Source: an uncultured bacterium
GTDB lineage: Bacteria; Bacteroidota; Bacteroidia; Flavobacteriales; Flavobacteriaceae
Assembly: GCA_965365355.1 (NCBI GenBank)
Contig: CBDUBJ010000002.1
Span: forward strand, 8,178 to 72,177
Direction of reading: 5' to 3'
Length of the DNA stretch: 64,000 nucleotides
Shown: one piece after another, positions 25,627-35,332 of the stretch
How the letters are laid out: the number at the start of each line of letters is the position of its first letter
Numbering within the stretch: position 1 is the first letter of the stretch
The notes under the pieces: generated by a model
The model's input: the letters and a program-made list of their open reading frames with translations, nothing else
What the model was told of the DNA's origin: nothing
Databases searched by the model: none
Program-made: the position numbers and the translations under genes

Positions 25627-27534
25627 TTACACTTTGCCGTCGCGGATTTCGTCGACGATTTCAGGATTAAGCAATGTAGTTGTATCACCAAAATTTGAGA
25701 AATCTCCTTCAGCGATCTTGCGCAGGATCCGGCGCATTATTTTTCCCGATCTTGTTTTTGGCAATGCAGATACGAATTGCATTTTATCAAGTTTTGCGAT
25801 AGGTCCGATTTGTTCGCTGATATGCGAATTGATTTTCGCTCTTATCTGATCCAGATCATGCTCTTGCGCGGCATCCTTTAATATAACAAATCCGTATAGC
25901 GCATTTCCCTTGATATCGTGCGGATAACCGACAACTGCAGCCTCGGCGACATCTTCATGCTCGTCGATCGCATCCTCAATTGGCGCAGTGCCGAGATTGT
26001 GACCCGATACGATCACGACATCATCAACGCGGCCTGTAATTCTGTAAAAACCGTTTTTGTCGCGCAGTGCGCCATCGCCCGTAAAATACTTTCCGGGATA
26101 CGCTGTAAAGTAGGTTTCGATAAAACGCTTGTGATCACCCCAAATGGTGCGCGCGATCGACGGCCATGGATAATTGATGCACAGATTTCCCGCAGATGCT
26201 ACATCGCTGATCTCATTTTTGTTTTCATCTATCAAAGATGGCTGAATTCCGGGTAATGGAAGCGTAGCGTATGTTGGTTTTGTATCAGTGACAAAAGGTA
26301 TTGCAGAAATCATGACTCCGCCGGTTTCGGTCTGCCACCATGTATCGACGATCGGGCATTTTTTCTTTCCGACATTTTCATCATACCAGTGCCATGCTTC
26401 ATCGTTTATGGGTTCGCCGACTGAACCGATTATCTTCAATGAAGACAGATCGTGTTTTAAAACCCATGAAACATCTTCTTTTGCAAGCGAACGAATCGCA
26501 GTCGGCGCCGTATAAAATTGTGTCACCTGATGTTTCTGTATGACTTCCCAAAATCTACCTGAATCGGGAAAAGTTGGAATGCCTTCAAAAATGACGGTCG
26601 TTGCGCCATTTAAAAGCGGGCCATAAACAATATACGAATGTCCAGTGATCCAGCCGATATCGGCCGTACACCAAAACACATCATCTTTTTGATAATTGAA
26701 AATATTCTGAAACGTGTAAGCGGTATAAACCATGTAACCCGCGATTGTATGCATCATGCCTTTCGGCTTTCCCGTCGATCCTGAAGTGTAAAGTATAAAT
26801 AGCGGATCTTCGGCGTTCATTGTCGCAGCATCATTTTTCTCAGAAGCCTTTTCCAGCAGCGGTTCAAGAAAATAATCCCGCCCGTCGACCATCGTAACTG
26901 AATCGTTTGTACGTTGTGCAACCAACACATTTTCGACGGAAGGACAATCATTTAATGCGACGTCGATTATCGGTTTAAGCAATACTTTTTTGGCTCCCCG
27001 ATAAACGCCATCGGCAGTAATTACCATTTTTGATTGGCAATCGTTGATGCGGGTAGCGACGGCATTGGACGAAAAACCTGCGAAAACAACCGAATGCACG
27101 GCGCCGATGCGCGCGCAGGCAAGAACGGAAATTGCGAGTTCCGGGATCATCGGAAGGTATATGCAAACGCGATCTCCTTTTTGAATGCCTTTTTGTAAAA
27201 GGACATTTGCCATTTTACAGACATCACGATGGAGTTCCCGATAAGAAATGTGCCGAGATGATTCGGCAGGATCATTTGGCTCAAAAATTATTGCAGTTGC
27301 GTCCCCTGAGCCTTCAAGATGCCGGTCGAGGCAATTTTCGGTAATGTTTAGCTGCGCGCCATCAAACCATTTAAAAGTCGCGGCATGCATGTCAAACTCA
27401 GAAACACGATCCCATCTTCTTTTCCAAACAAAATTTTCAGATGCGATCCCAGCCCAGAATTCATCGGGACTATCAACAGAAAACCTGTATTGTTCTTCGT
27501 AAGTTTTAAGATCTTTGATATGATAAACTGCCAT
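25627..27534 (-). CDS. acs: Acetyl-CoA synthetase
   Basis: YTSGSTGKPKG, DTWWQTETGG and PKTRSGKIMRR (acetylation Lys). The ATG at 27534 is preferred over 27561. Confidence 0.95.
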   Translation of the reverse strand: MAVYHIKDLKTYEEQYRFSVDSPDEFWAGIASENFVWKRRWDRVSEFDMHAATFKWFDGAQLNITENCLDRHLEGSGDATAIIFEPNDPAESSRHISYRELHRDVCKMANVLLQKGIQKGDRVCIYLPMIPELAISVLACARIGAVHSVVFAGFSSNAVATRINDCQSKMVITADGVYRGAKKVLLKPIIDVALNDCPSVENVLVAQRTNDSVTMVDGRDYFLEPLLEKASEKNDAATMNAEDPLFILYTSGSTGKPKGMMHTIAGYMVYTAYTFQNIFNYQKDDVFWCTADIGWITGHSYIVYGPLLNGATTVIFEGIPTFPDSGRFWEVIQKHQVTQFYTAPTAIRSLAKEDVSWVLKHDLSSLKIIGSVGEPINDEAWHWYDENVGKKKCPIVDTWWQTETGGVMISAIPFVTDTKPTYATLPLPGIQPSLIDENKNEISDVASAGNLCINYPWPSIARTIWGDHKRFIETYFTAYPGKYFTGDGALRDKNGFYRITGRVDDVVIVSGHNLGTAPIEDAIDEHEDVAEAAVVGYPHDIKGNALYGFVILKDAAQEHDLDQIRAKINSHISEQIGPIAKLDKMQFVSALPKTRSGKIMRRILRKIAEGDFSNFGDTTTLLNPEIVDEIRDGKV

Positions 27535-27535
27535 G

Positions 27536-27763
27536 CTATAGTTTATTTTTGTCGTATTCACCTTTTAATGCGTAGAATCCGAACGCGAAAAGTCCGGCAA
27601 CGATGAGCGGCGTCAGCACGAAGAGAATAATGATGCCGAATACAAGATCTTCCTGGTTGCCGGTTTGAAGTTTTGGCAATCCGAAGATGAAGATGCAAAA
27701 GTATGCGGCTGCGGCTGCAAGTGAAATCCACAGGAAACCTAAAAGTCTTTTGATTGTATCCAT
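27536..27763 (-). CDS. Small two-TM membrane protein (DUF6814-like)
   Basis: 75 aa with two hydrophobic helices ending GFYALKGEYD; tightly packed between the MFS gene and acs. Confidence 0.7.
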   Translation of the reverse strand: MDTIKRLLGFLWISLAAAAAYFCIFIFGLPKLQTGNQEDLVFGIIILFVLTPLIVAGLFAFGFYALKGEYDKNKL

Positions 27764-29217
27764 TAGTCGTGGGTTGTATTATTTTTTGTTCCGATATAGA
27801 TCATCCCTATCACAAAGCTTACAGACGCAATGATGATCGGATACCAAAGCCCGTCAAGATAGTAATCCGGTTGATTATTGGTCTTGGCGTTTGTTACGAG
27901 ATATGTCGAAATTGCGGGAAGCAGCCCGCCGAAGATACCATTCCCGACGTGATACGGAAGTGACATCGATGTATATCGAATTTTTAATGGAAACATTTCG
28001 ACCAAAAATGCGGCAATCGGTCCGTAAACCATCGTAACGAAAATTACCTGTACCCAGACAAGGAAAATCAGTATCCATTTGTCGTGGCTGTTAATGAAAA
28101 TTGTTGTTTTTCCAATTGTCGAATCTGATGTAATTTCGGTTTTGGAATAAGTTCCATCATCGTACGATTTTAGTTGATGAGAATCGGAAATGGCTGCATT
28201 CGCGACGATTTCTGTCTTATTTTGAACGTTGACCGTTTGATACATCTTTTCGTAAATGGGACGATAAAGTAAAATGGCCAGCAGCATTCCCGTCATCATG
28301 ATCGTTTTGCGTCCGATCTTATCGCTGAGCCATCCGAACAGGACAAAAAACGGCGTTCCTAACAAAAGTGCGATTCCAAGCAGTTCATCGACTTGTGTTG
28401 AATCGATGTTCATTACGGTTTTCATGAAACTCATTGCATAGAATTGGCCGGTGTACCAAACGACGCCCTGCCCCATTGTTGCGCCGAATAATGCAAGAAG
28501 CACGAATTTCAGATTGTATCTGTTTCCGAAACTTTCCTTCAATGGATTGATGCTGGTTTTGCCTTCCGATTTTGCTTTTGCGAATGCAGGCGATTCGTCC
28601 ATTTTTTTGCGGATCATGTAAGATACAAAAACCATCAGGATAGAAACCCAGAAAGGAACGCGCCAGCCCCATGAGTCGAATTCTTCTGCAGATAAAAAAG
28701 ACTTTGTGGCAAGAATGACCATCAATGAAACAAATAATCCTGCGGTTGCCGTGGTCTGGATCCAGGATGTCCAATAACCTCGCTGTCCTGCCGGTGCGTG
28801 TTCAGCCACATAAGTTGCCGCTCCGCCATATTCCCCGCCTAATGCAAGTCCTTGCAAAAGCCGTAAGATCAGAACCAGAATTGGCGCGAGATACCCTATA
28901 GTTTCAAAATCAGGAACGCAGCCGATCAGGAAAGTGGCGCCGCCCATCAGCAGAAGCGTGACCATAAAGGTATATTTCCGTCCGATCATATCGCCAAGTC
29001 TGCCGAAAAACAAAGCACCAAACGGACGTACAACGAATCCTGCAGCGAATGTAGCAAGCGTAGATAAAAAGGCAGCGGTAGGATTATCAGACGGAAAAAA
29101 TTTCGTCGATATCACAACTGCGAGACTGCCGAAAATGTAAAAGTCGTACCATTCGATCAGCGTGCCCATTGACGAGGCGGAAATGACTTTCCAGATTCCT
29201 TTTGTAGATTTCTGCAT
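27763..29217 (-). CDS. MFS metabolite:H+ symporter (MHS family)
   Basis: GTLIEWYDFYIF, FGRLGDMIGRK, LQGLALGGEYGGA. Confidence 0.9.
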   Translation of the reverse strand: MQKSTKGIWKVISASSMGTLIEWYDFYIFGSLAVVISTKFFPSDNPTAAFLSTLATFAAGFVVRPFGALFFGRLGDMIGRKYTFMVTLLLMGGATFLIGCVPDFETIGYLAPILVLILRLLQGLALGGEYGGAATYVAEHAPAGQRGYWTSWIQTTATAGLFVSLMVILATKSFLSAEEFDSWGWRVPFWVSILMVFVSYMIRKKMDESPAFAKAKSEGKTSINPLKESFGNRYNLKFVLLALFGATMGQGVVWYTGQFYAMSFMKTVMNIDSTQVDELLGIALLLGTPFFVLFGWLSDKIGRKTIMMTGMLLAILLYRPIYEKMYQTVNVQNKTEIVANAAISDSHQLKSYDDGTYSKTEITSDSTIGKTTIFINSHDKWILIFLVWVQVIFVTMVYGPIAAFLVEMFPLKIRYTSMSLPYHVGNGIFGGLLPAISTYLVTNAKTNNQPDYYLDGLWYPIIIASVSFVIGMIYIGTKNNTTHD

Positions 29218-29382
29218 GTGTAGGGATTTGGATAAAAATAGAAAAATATCTTAAAGCTCCAAATATCCTAAGATACAATGCACCAAAGCTCGCCAAACGA
29301 CAAAAAAATGAATCTGACTAATGATTGTTGGGGACTTTGGTGCTTCTCAAAAAATCACTTAATTTGTGAAAACCATCCAACC

Positions 29383-29985
29383 ATGAATTTTAACCCCGAT
29401 GATATCGGGCATTCCGAATCTTACAAATTGCTTACCGGCTCGGTAATTCCACGACCGATCGGATGGATTTCCTCGATAGATTCTAAGGGTAATCTGAATC
29501 TTGCACCATTTTCATATTTTAATATTGTCGGTGATGATCCGCCACATGTCATGTTTTCAACTGTACGGACCGGCGGCGGAAACAAGGATACACTGAACAA
29601 TGTGATGGAAACGAAAGAATTTGTCGTGAATATGGTGACCGAAGATGTAGTCGAAAAGATGAATACTACTTCGCAACAGGTTCCACCCGAAATCAATGAA
29701 TTCGAATTGGCAGGATTGACTACAGCTCCGTCCCTATTGGTGAAGCCGCCAAGAGTCCTGGAAAGTAAAATAAATTTTGAATGCAGGCTTGTACATCATT
29801 ACGAACTGGAAGATCATACGAAAGGCGGCGCGGTTATGATGGTGGGACGAATTGTCATGTTTCATATTGACGACGAGATCATATCTGATAATTTCCGCAT
29901 CAATATGAACAAATACCGACCGGTTGCAAGGCTTGCAGGTTCCAATTACACCACGTTAGGCGAAATTTTTTCAATCAAAAGATAA
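29383..29985 (+). CDS. Flavin reductase-like FMN-binding protein
   Basis: VIPRPIGWISS, NLAPFSYFN, KDTLNN and RLAG motifs; ATG at 29383 (the ORF track starts at 29278). Confidence 0.85.
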   Translation: MNFNPDDIGHSESYKLLTGSVIPRPIGWISSIDSKGNLNLAPFSYFNIVGDDPPHVMFSTVRTGGGNKDTLNNVMETKEFVVNMVTEDVVEKMNTTSQQVPPEINEFELAGLTTAPSLLVKPPRVLESKINFECRLVHHYELEDHTKGGAVMMVGRIVMFHIDDEIISDNFRINMNKYRPVARLAGSNYTTLGEIFSIKR

Positions 29986-30042
29986 CATTTAAGCTCGTTC
30001 TCGATACACGCTCCGCGCACTCGAACGCACAAACCAAACATC

Positions 30043-32310
30043 ATGAAAATTACCGTAATTGGCGGCGGCCCCGGAGGCTTATACTTTGCAATTTTACTTA
30101 AAAAAGCCGTTCCGTCATGTTCGATCGACTTATATGAACGCAACAAATCCGACGATGCATTCGGTTTTGGTGTCGTCTTTTCGGATGAAACACTATCGGA
30201 ATTTTTAACGCGCGATCCGCAGTCGTACGAACTGATACGCAGGAGTTTTGCCTACTGGGACGATCTTGATGTCGTTCGAAATGGTGAGCGTGTGCGAATT
30301 ACAGGAAATGGATTTTGCGGCTGTTCACGAAAAACGTTGCTTCAGTTGCTGCAGCAGCGCTGTCGTGAGGAAGGCGTCAACCTTCATTATGAAACTAATG
30401 TGGATGACCTTTCGCAATTCGCGTCCAGTGATGTAATCGTTGCATGCGACGGCATCAACAGTTTTATCAGGGAACAGAAGGCCGCTGATTTTGAAACCAA
30501 TGTTATTTTGCAGCGCAATAAATTCGTGTGGCTCGGATCGACAAAACCATTGGATGCTTTTGCGTACTTCTTTCGTGAAACCGAGTTTGGGACAATTGTC
30601 GCGCACACTTATCAATACGAAGACGGCCGAAGCACTTGGATTTTCGAATGTACTCCCGAAACGTGGGAAAAGGCAGGTTTCGATACTTATAACGAAGAGG
30701 ATACCATTGCAAAGTTGTCGAATTATTTTAAGGATGAATTAGATGGCCATCCACTGATATCAAACAAATCCCACTGGCGTCAGTTTCCTACGATCACAAA
30801 TAGAAATTGGTCTGCGGGAAACGTAGTCCTGCTTGGAGATGCAAAAGCAACAGCCCACTACTCCATCGGTTCAGGGACAAAACTAGCGATGGAATGCGCC
30901 ATTTCACTGGCCGATTCGATTGCGGCAAACCAGCAAAGTATTCCTGAAGCGTTTAAAATGTATGAAAAGTTGCGAAGAAACCGCGTGGAAATGATCCAGC
31001 ATGCTGCGAAAGTTTCATTGGATTGGTTTGAACATATGGACAGGCATATCAAGCATCCATTCATGCAATTTGCTTTCGGAGTTATGACACGTGCCAAAAA
31101 GGTTACTTATGAAAACCTTGCACTTCGCGACCGATCGTTTACCGAAAAAGTTGTCGCTGAGTTTACTGCCATAAATAATTTTGAGAGGGCCATTTCTCCG
31201 GCATTTACGCCGTTTAAGTTTGGTGACCTCGAATTGATAAACCGTATTGCGATGGCGCCGATGATCCACAATATGGCGTGCGAAGGTGTCGTTGGCGATT
31301 GGCATCTGATGCATTACGGAAGCCGCGCCGTCGATGGTTTGGGATTGATTATTACAGAGCCGGTTTCGGTACATGAAAATGGCAAAATCAATGCAGGATG
31401 CGCCCTGATTTCTAATGACGAACAAGTATTGGCGTGGCGACGCATCACGGATTTTGTCAATCGGAACTCAAAATGTAAGATGGCAATCCAGCTCAATCAC
31501 GCAGGCCGAAAGACTCATAATCAATCAGGAAAAATTTCTGCGTCGTCGATAGCATTTGATAAAGATTTGGGTGTTCCGAAGGAAATGACAATTCAGGATA
31601 TGGATGAAATTGTCGGATCATTCATTGCTTCTGCCAAAAATGCTGAAAAAGCCGGTTTCGACATGATCAGCATCGAAATGAGCAGCGGATATTTGTTAGC
31701 CTCATTTTTATCACCGTTATCAAACCAACGCAGCGATGAATTCGGCGGAAGCGTTGAGCATAGAATTAAATTCCCGATGCGGGTTTTTAGTGAAGTCCGC
31801 AAAGCATTTGACGCAAATAAACCCATTTCAATTTCCATTTCCGCATCCGACTGGCATGAAGACGGAATTTCTCGATCAGATGTAATTTTTATCGCTAACG
31901 CATTTAAGAATGCAGGAGTCGATCTTATAAATGTTGTATCGGGTGGAACCATTTCAGATGAAAAAGCCGAATCCGGCCGCATGTATCAGACGCCATTTGC
32001 CGACCTTATCAGAAATACTGTCGATATTCCCGTAATAACCTCAGGGCAGATTCAGGATATCGATCAAATAAACACGATATTACTCAACGGTCGTGCGGAC
32101 ATAGTTGCATTAGGCCGTCCACTGATGCTCGATCCAGGATTTGTACGGAATGCGCAAGCTTATGAAACTTATCAGCCTGATGATATTCCGCGTGCATATC
32201 AAAGCGGAATTTCGCATCTTTATCCTTTAAGATCAGCTGAGAAACGTGAAAAGGATGCGATGAAAAAAGCATTGAAACCTGAAAGCCATTCAAGCCATAA
32301 AAACAAATGA
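30043..32310 (+). CDS. Anthraniloyl-/salicylyl-CoA 5-hydroxylase fused to an OYE-type oxidoreductase domain (AbmA/SdgC family)
   Basis: FAD monooxygenase motifs GGGPGG, ACDG and LLGDA..AHYSIGSGTKLAME; C-terminal OYE barrel (NRIAMAPM, QLNHAGRK, FLSPLSNQRSDEFGGS). Confidence 0.9.
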   Translation: MKITVIGGGPGGLYFAILLKKAVPSCSIDLYERNKSDDAFGFGVVFSDETLSEFLTRDPQSYELIRRSFAYWDDLDVVRNGERVRITGNGFCGCSRKTLLQLLQQRCREEGVNLHYETNVDDLSQFASSDVIVACDGINSFIREQKAADFETNVILQRNKFVWLGSTKPLDAFAYFFRETEFGTIVAHTYQYEDGRSTWIFECTPETWEKAGFDTYNEEDTIAKLSNYFKDELDGHPLISNKSHWRQFPTITNRNWSAGNVVLLGDAKATAHYSIGSGTKLAMECAISLADSIAANQQSIPEAFKMYEKLRRNRVEMIQHAAKVSLDWFEHMDRHIKHPFMQFAFGVMTRAKKVTYENLALRDRSFTEKVVAEFTAINNFERAISPAFTPFKFGDLELINRIAMAPMIHNMACEGVVGDWHLMHYGSRAVDGLGLIITEPVSVHENGKINAGCALISNDEQVLAWRRITDFVNRNSKCKMAIQLNHAGRKTHNQSGKISASSIAFDKDLGVPKEMTIQDMDEIVGSFIASAKNAEKAGFDMISIEMSSGYLLASFLSPLSNQRSDEFGGSVEHRIKFPMRVFSEVRKAFDANKPISISISASDWHEDGISRSDVIFIANAFKNAGVDLINVVSGGTISDEKAESGRMYQTPFADLIRNTVDIPVITSGQIQDIDQINTILLNGRADIVALGRPLMLDPGFVRNAQAYETYQPDDIPRAYQSGISHLYPLRSAEKREKDAMKKALKPESHSSHKNK

Positions 32311-33911
32311 AAATTTACGAAGACAATTTTGCGCATGAAAATCTGCCGTCGAAAGAACTGCAGCCCTATTATCTATTTCTGGAGCAATCGCAGTTTAACT
32401 TTGGAACTGACCTGAATTGCGCTTATCGCCTGCTCGATTATCATATTGAAAACGGTAATGGTGATGCCGTCGCAATACGAACATTTGAAATCACGTGGAC
32501 ATATCGCGAACTGTATGAAAAAAGCAATCAGATCGCGCATGTTCTTGCCGATGATCTGTCGCTAAAACCCGGGAATCGCGTTTTGATACGATCTGCCAAC
32601 AATCCGATGATGGTGGCGTGCTGGTTCGCTGTCATCAAAGCGGGCGGAATAGTCGTGGCGACGATGCCGTTGCTGCGCGAGAAGGAATTATCGACGATGA
32701 TCGAATGTGCCGAAATCTCGATGGCGCTTTGCGATTACAGGCTTGAAGAGGAATTGGCTGCGGTTCATTCGCCGTTTTTAAAACAATATATCACGTTTGA
32801 CGGCATCGGTTCAGGCATTTCAAAGCTTGAGGTTCTGATGCATAACAAATCGACTGAATTTAAAAATTATGATTCTGACGCCGAACAGGTTTGTCTGATC
32901 GGGTTTACATCAGGAACAACAGGTAAACCTAAAATGACCGCGCATTTCCATCGCGATGTTGTTGCGATCTGCGAAGCGTTTCCGCAATATGCGTTGCAGC
33001 CGACGCCGTTGGATATTTTTACGGGAAGTCCACCGCTTGGTTTTACTTTCGGGCTTGGCGGACTTGTCTTGTTTCCGTTGTATTATGGCGCATCGACATT
33101 TCTGATAGAAAAACCATCTCCTGAACTGTTGTTAAAAGCGATAGAACAGTTTAAAATTACCATTTGCTTTACGGCCCCAACTGCCTGGCGAGTCATCACG
33201 GCAAAGGTTGAGAATTTCGATATTTCGTCGCTTCGCAAGTGCGTATCGGCTGGCGAAACGCTTCCCGCTAAAGTGTGGCAGGATTGGTACGATGCAACCG
33301 GTTTAAAGATTATTGATGGAATAGGGTCGACGGAAATGCTTCACATCTTCATTTCGAATAATGAGGATTTTATGAAAAAGGGCTCTACCGGAAAGGCCGT
33401 AACTGGTTATGAAGCCAAGGTCGTCGGAAATGACGGCATCGAAGTTCCCATAAATACGCCCGGCAGGCTTGCAGTTCGCGGGATTACGGGATGTAAATAT
33501 CTTGCTCGTGAAGAAAAGCAGCGCGAATATGTTGAAAATGGCTGGAACATTACCGGAGACATTTATAAGGTGGATGAAGATGGTTACTTCTGTTTTGTGG
33601 CACGTGGCGACGACATGATCATATCATCAGGATATAATATCGGCGCTATCGAGGTTGAAAGTGTGCTCCTGCTCCATCCGGAAGTTTTAGAGTGCGCGGT
33701 TGTCGGATTGCCCGATCATGAACGAGGAATGCTGGTATGCGCAAATATTGTTTTAAAAGATCACTCGAAGGCTTGTGATGAACTTGCGAAAGAAATGCAG
33801 GATTGGTTTAAAGAGAATGCTGCGCCTTATAAATATCCAAGGATGATCAAGTTTTTGGAGAGTTTGCCTAAGACGGAAACGGGGAAAATACAGCGGTTTA
33901 GATTAAAATAA
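32307..33911 (+). CDS. Aromatic acid-CoA ligase (2-aminobenzoate/benzoate-CoA ligase family)
   Basis: FTSGTTGKPK, GIGSTE, NITGD, LPKTETGKIQR; 4-bp overlap with the upstream gene. Confidence 0.9.
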   Translation: MKIYEDNFAHENLPSKELQPYYLFLEQSQFNFGTDLNCAYRLLDYHIENGNGDAVAIRTFEITWTYRELYEKSNQIAHVLADDLSLKPGNRVLIRSANNPMMVACWFAVIKAGGIVVATMPLLREKELSTMIECAEISMALCDYRLEEELAAVHSPFLKQYITFDGIGSGISKLEVLMHNKSTEFKNYDSDAEQVCLIGFTSGTTGKPKMTAHFHRDVVAICEAFPQYALQPTPLDIFTGSPPLGFTFGLGGLVLFPLYYGASTFLIEKPSPELLLKAIEQFKITICFTAPTAWRVITAKVENFDISSLRKCVSAGETLPAKVWQDWYDATGLKIIDGIGSTEMLHIFISNNEDFMKKGSTGKAVTGYEAKVVGNDGIEVPINTPGRLAVRGITGCKYLAREEKQREYVENGWNITGDIYKVDEDGYFCFVARGDDMIISSGYNIGAIEVESVLLLHPEVLECAVVGLPDHERGMLVCANIVLKDHSKACDELAKEMQDWFKENAAPYKYPRMIKFLESLPKTETGKIQRFRLK

Positions 33912-34054
33912 TGAAATATCACATTTACTTTTATTGGCACGAGCAATTGGATTATGCAAAGCCCCGAAAATCGAATAGCAAAAAGCGGTCTGCGGATTTG
34001 GAGATGATCGCTCCAACGTAATCAGATAAACCGAGACGGGAATTTCGTCGCAGC

Positions 34055-34095
34055 CGGAATGACAAACTAAGGCAGGCGGCTTTTATATCATTCCG
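34055..34095. repeat. Degenerate REP-like inverted repeat
   Basis: CGGAATGA (34055-34062) and TCATTCCG (34088-34095) form an 8-bp inverted pair in the 240-bp gap inside the operon. Confidence 0.4.
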
Positions 34096-34152
34096 ATGAA
34101 ATCGAAAGTCGGATTTTCATAAAGAAATTTATTAAGCAAAAGAACTCTATCA

Positions 34153-34584
34153 ATGTTTTCAAAACAAGAAAAAATACGTTTTAAACACGTCGATTACGCG
34201 GGAATTGTCTTTTATCCAAGATTCCTCGAAATGCTCAACGATCTTGTAGAAGATTGGTTTGAAGAAGCGCTCGACAGGCCATTTTCTAAGATTCACGAAA
34301 CGAACGGCATTCCAACAGTTGACTTAAAAGTCAAGTTCAAAAAAGCCGCACGGATCGGCGATATGATCACTAAAACACTTTGGGTTTCCAATCTTGGCGG
34401 CGCATCTGTAACATGTGGATTCAGATTTTCTTCCGGAAATGAAGTCGTACTTGAAGGTGAAGTCACGCTTGTAAATGTTGCGTTGAATAAGGGAAATGGC
34501 AAATTATCCGCGGAACCCTTTGATAACATAACCCGATCTAAAATATTGAAATACAGCGTTGATGATAAAAATCTTCAATCATAA
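34153..34584 (+). CDS. Acyl-CoA thioesterase (4-hydroxybenzoyl-CoA thioesterase type)
   Basis: IRFKHVDYAGIVFYPRF motif with the catalytic-type Asp; hot-dog fold size. Confidence 0.9.
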   Translation: MFSKQEKIRFKHVDYAGIVFYPRFLEMLNDLVEDWFEEALDRPFSKIHETNGIPTVDLKVKFKKAARIGDMITKTLWVSNLGGASVTCGFRFSSGNEVVLEGEVTLVNVALNKGNGKLSAEPFDNITRSKILKYSVDDKNLQS

Positions 34585-34587
34585 TAA

Positions 34588-35283
34588 ATGGCAAATTATT
34601 TAATCGTCGGCGGGTCGTCAGGAATAGGAAAAGCCCTTACCAAGAAGCTTGCGGATGCAGGCAACAAGGTTTTCGCGTCATATTACAGTAATGATCAAAA
34701 TCAGGATGCGGATAACATTACCTATTTCAGGATGAATGTGCTTGATGAGGTTCCGCTTGATTTTTTGCCCGAAACAATTGACGGACTTGCCTATTGCCCG
34801 GGTTCAATAAATTTGCGCCCGTTCGAACGCATAAAACCGACGGATTTTATTGACGATTTCAATTTGCAGGTCGTCGGCGCGATAAAAATGATCCAGGTAG
34901 CATCAGCACGAATGAAACGAAGCGAAGCGGCATCAATCGTCCTTTTTTCGACGGTCGCCGTACAAACCGGATTGCCGTTTCACACGCAGGTATCAACTTC
35001 GAAAGGCGCACTTGAAGGATTGACGAAAGCGCTCGCTGCGGAATATGCACCAAAGATCCGTGTGAATTGCATCGCTCCTTCATTGACCGACACGCCTTTG
35101 GCTTCAAATCTTCTTAACAGCGATCAGAAAAAAGAAGCCAACGCCCTGCGACATCCGATGAAAAGGATTGGCAGCGTTGACGACATTGCTTCGGCCGCAG
35201 AATTTTTATTATCATCGAAATCAAGCTGGATAACGGGACAGATTTTACACGTCGATGGCGGTATATCGTCGCTTCGGGTTTGA
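34588..35283 (+). CDS. Atypical SDR oxidoreductase
   Basis: GGSSGIG, NCIAPSLTDT and ITGQILHVDGG; the YxxxK position reads VSTSK. Confidence 0.85.
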   Translation: MANYLIVGGSSGIGKALTKKLADAGNKVFASYYSNDQNQDADNITYFRMNVLDEVPLDFLPETIDGLAYCPGSINLRPFERIKPTDFIDDFNLQVVGAIKMIQVASARMKRSEAASIVLFSTVAVQTGLPFHTQVSTSKGALEGLTKALAAEYAPKIRVNCIAPSLTDTPLASNLLNSDQKKEANALRHPMKRIGSVDDIASAAEFLLSSKSSWITGQILHVDGGISSLRV

Positions 35284-35332
35284 AATCTTTGTCCGTACAA
35301 ATTAAAACGAATCGATTTCATTAAATTTACGC

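Noticed and set aside
29278-29382. N-terminal extensions given by the ORF track (also 8795, 27561, 39645, 42545, 44884, 51093, 54902)
   Set aside because: Downstream ATGs fit family N-termini, promoter boxes or operon packing better.
33911-34021. GIY-YIG nuclease remnant
   Set aside because: Only a vague resemblance (aromatic N-terminal strand, nearby REP-like repeat); no GIY/YIG or conserved Arg/Glu could be aligned. Kept only as a low-interest unexplained ORF.
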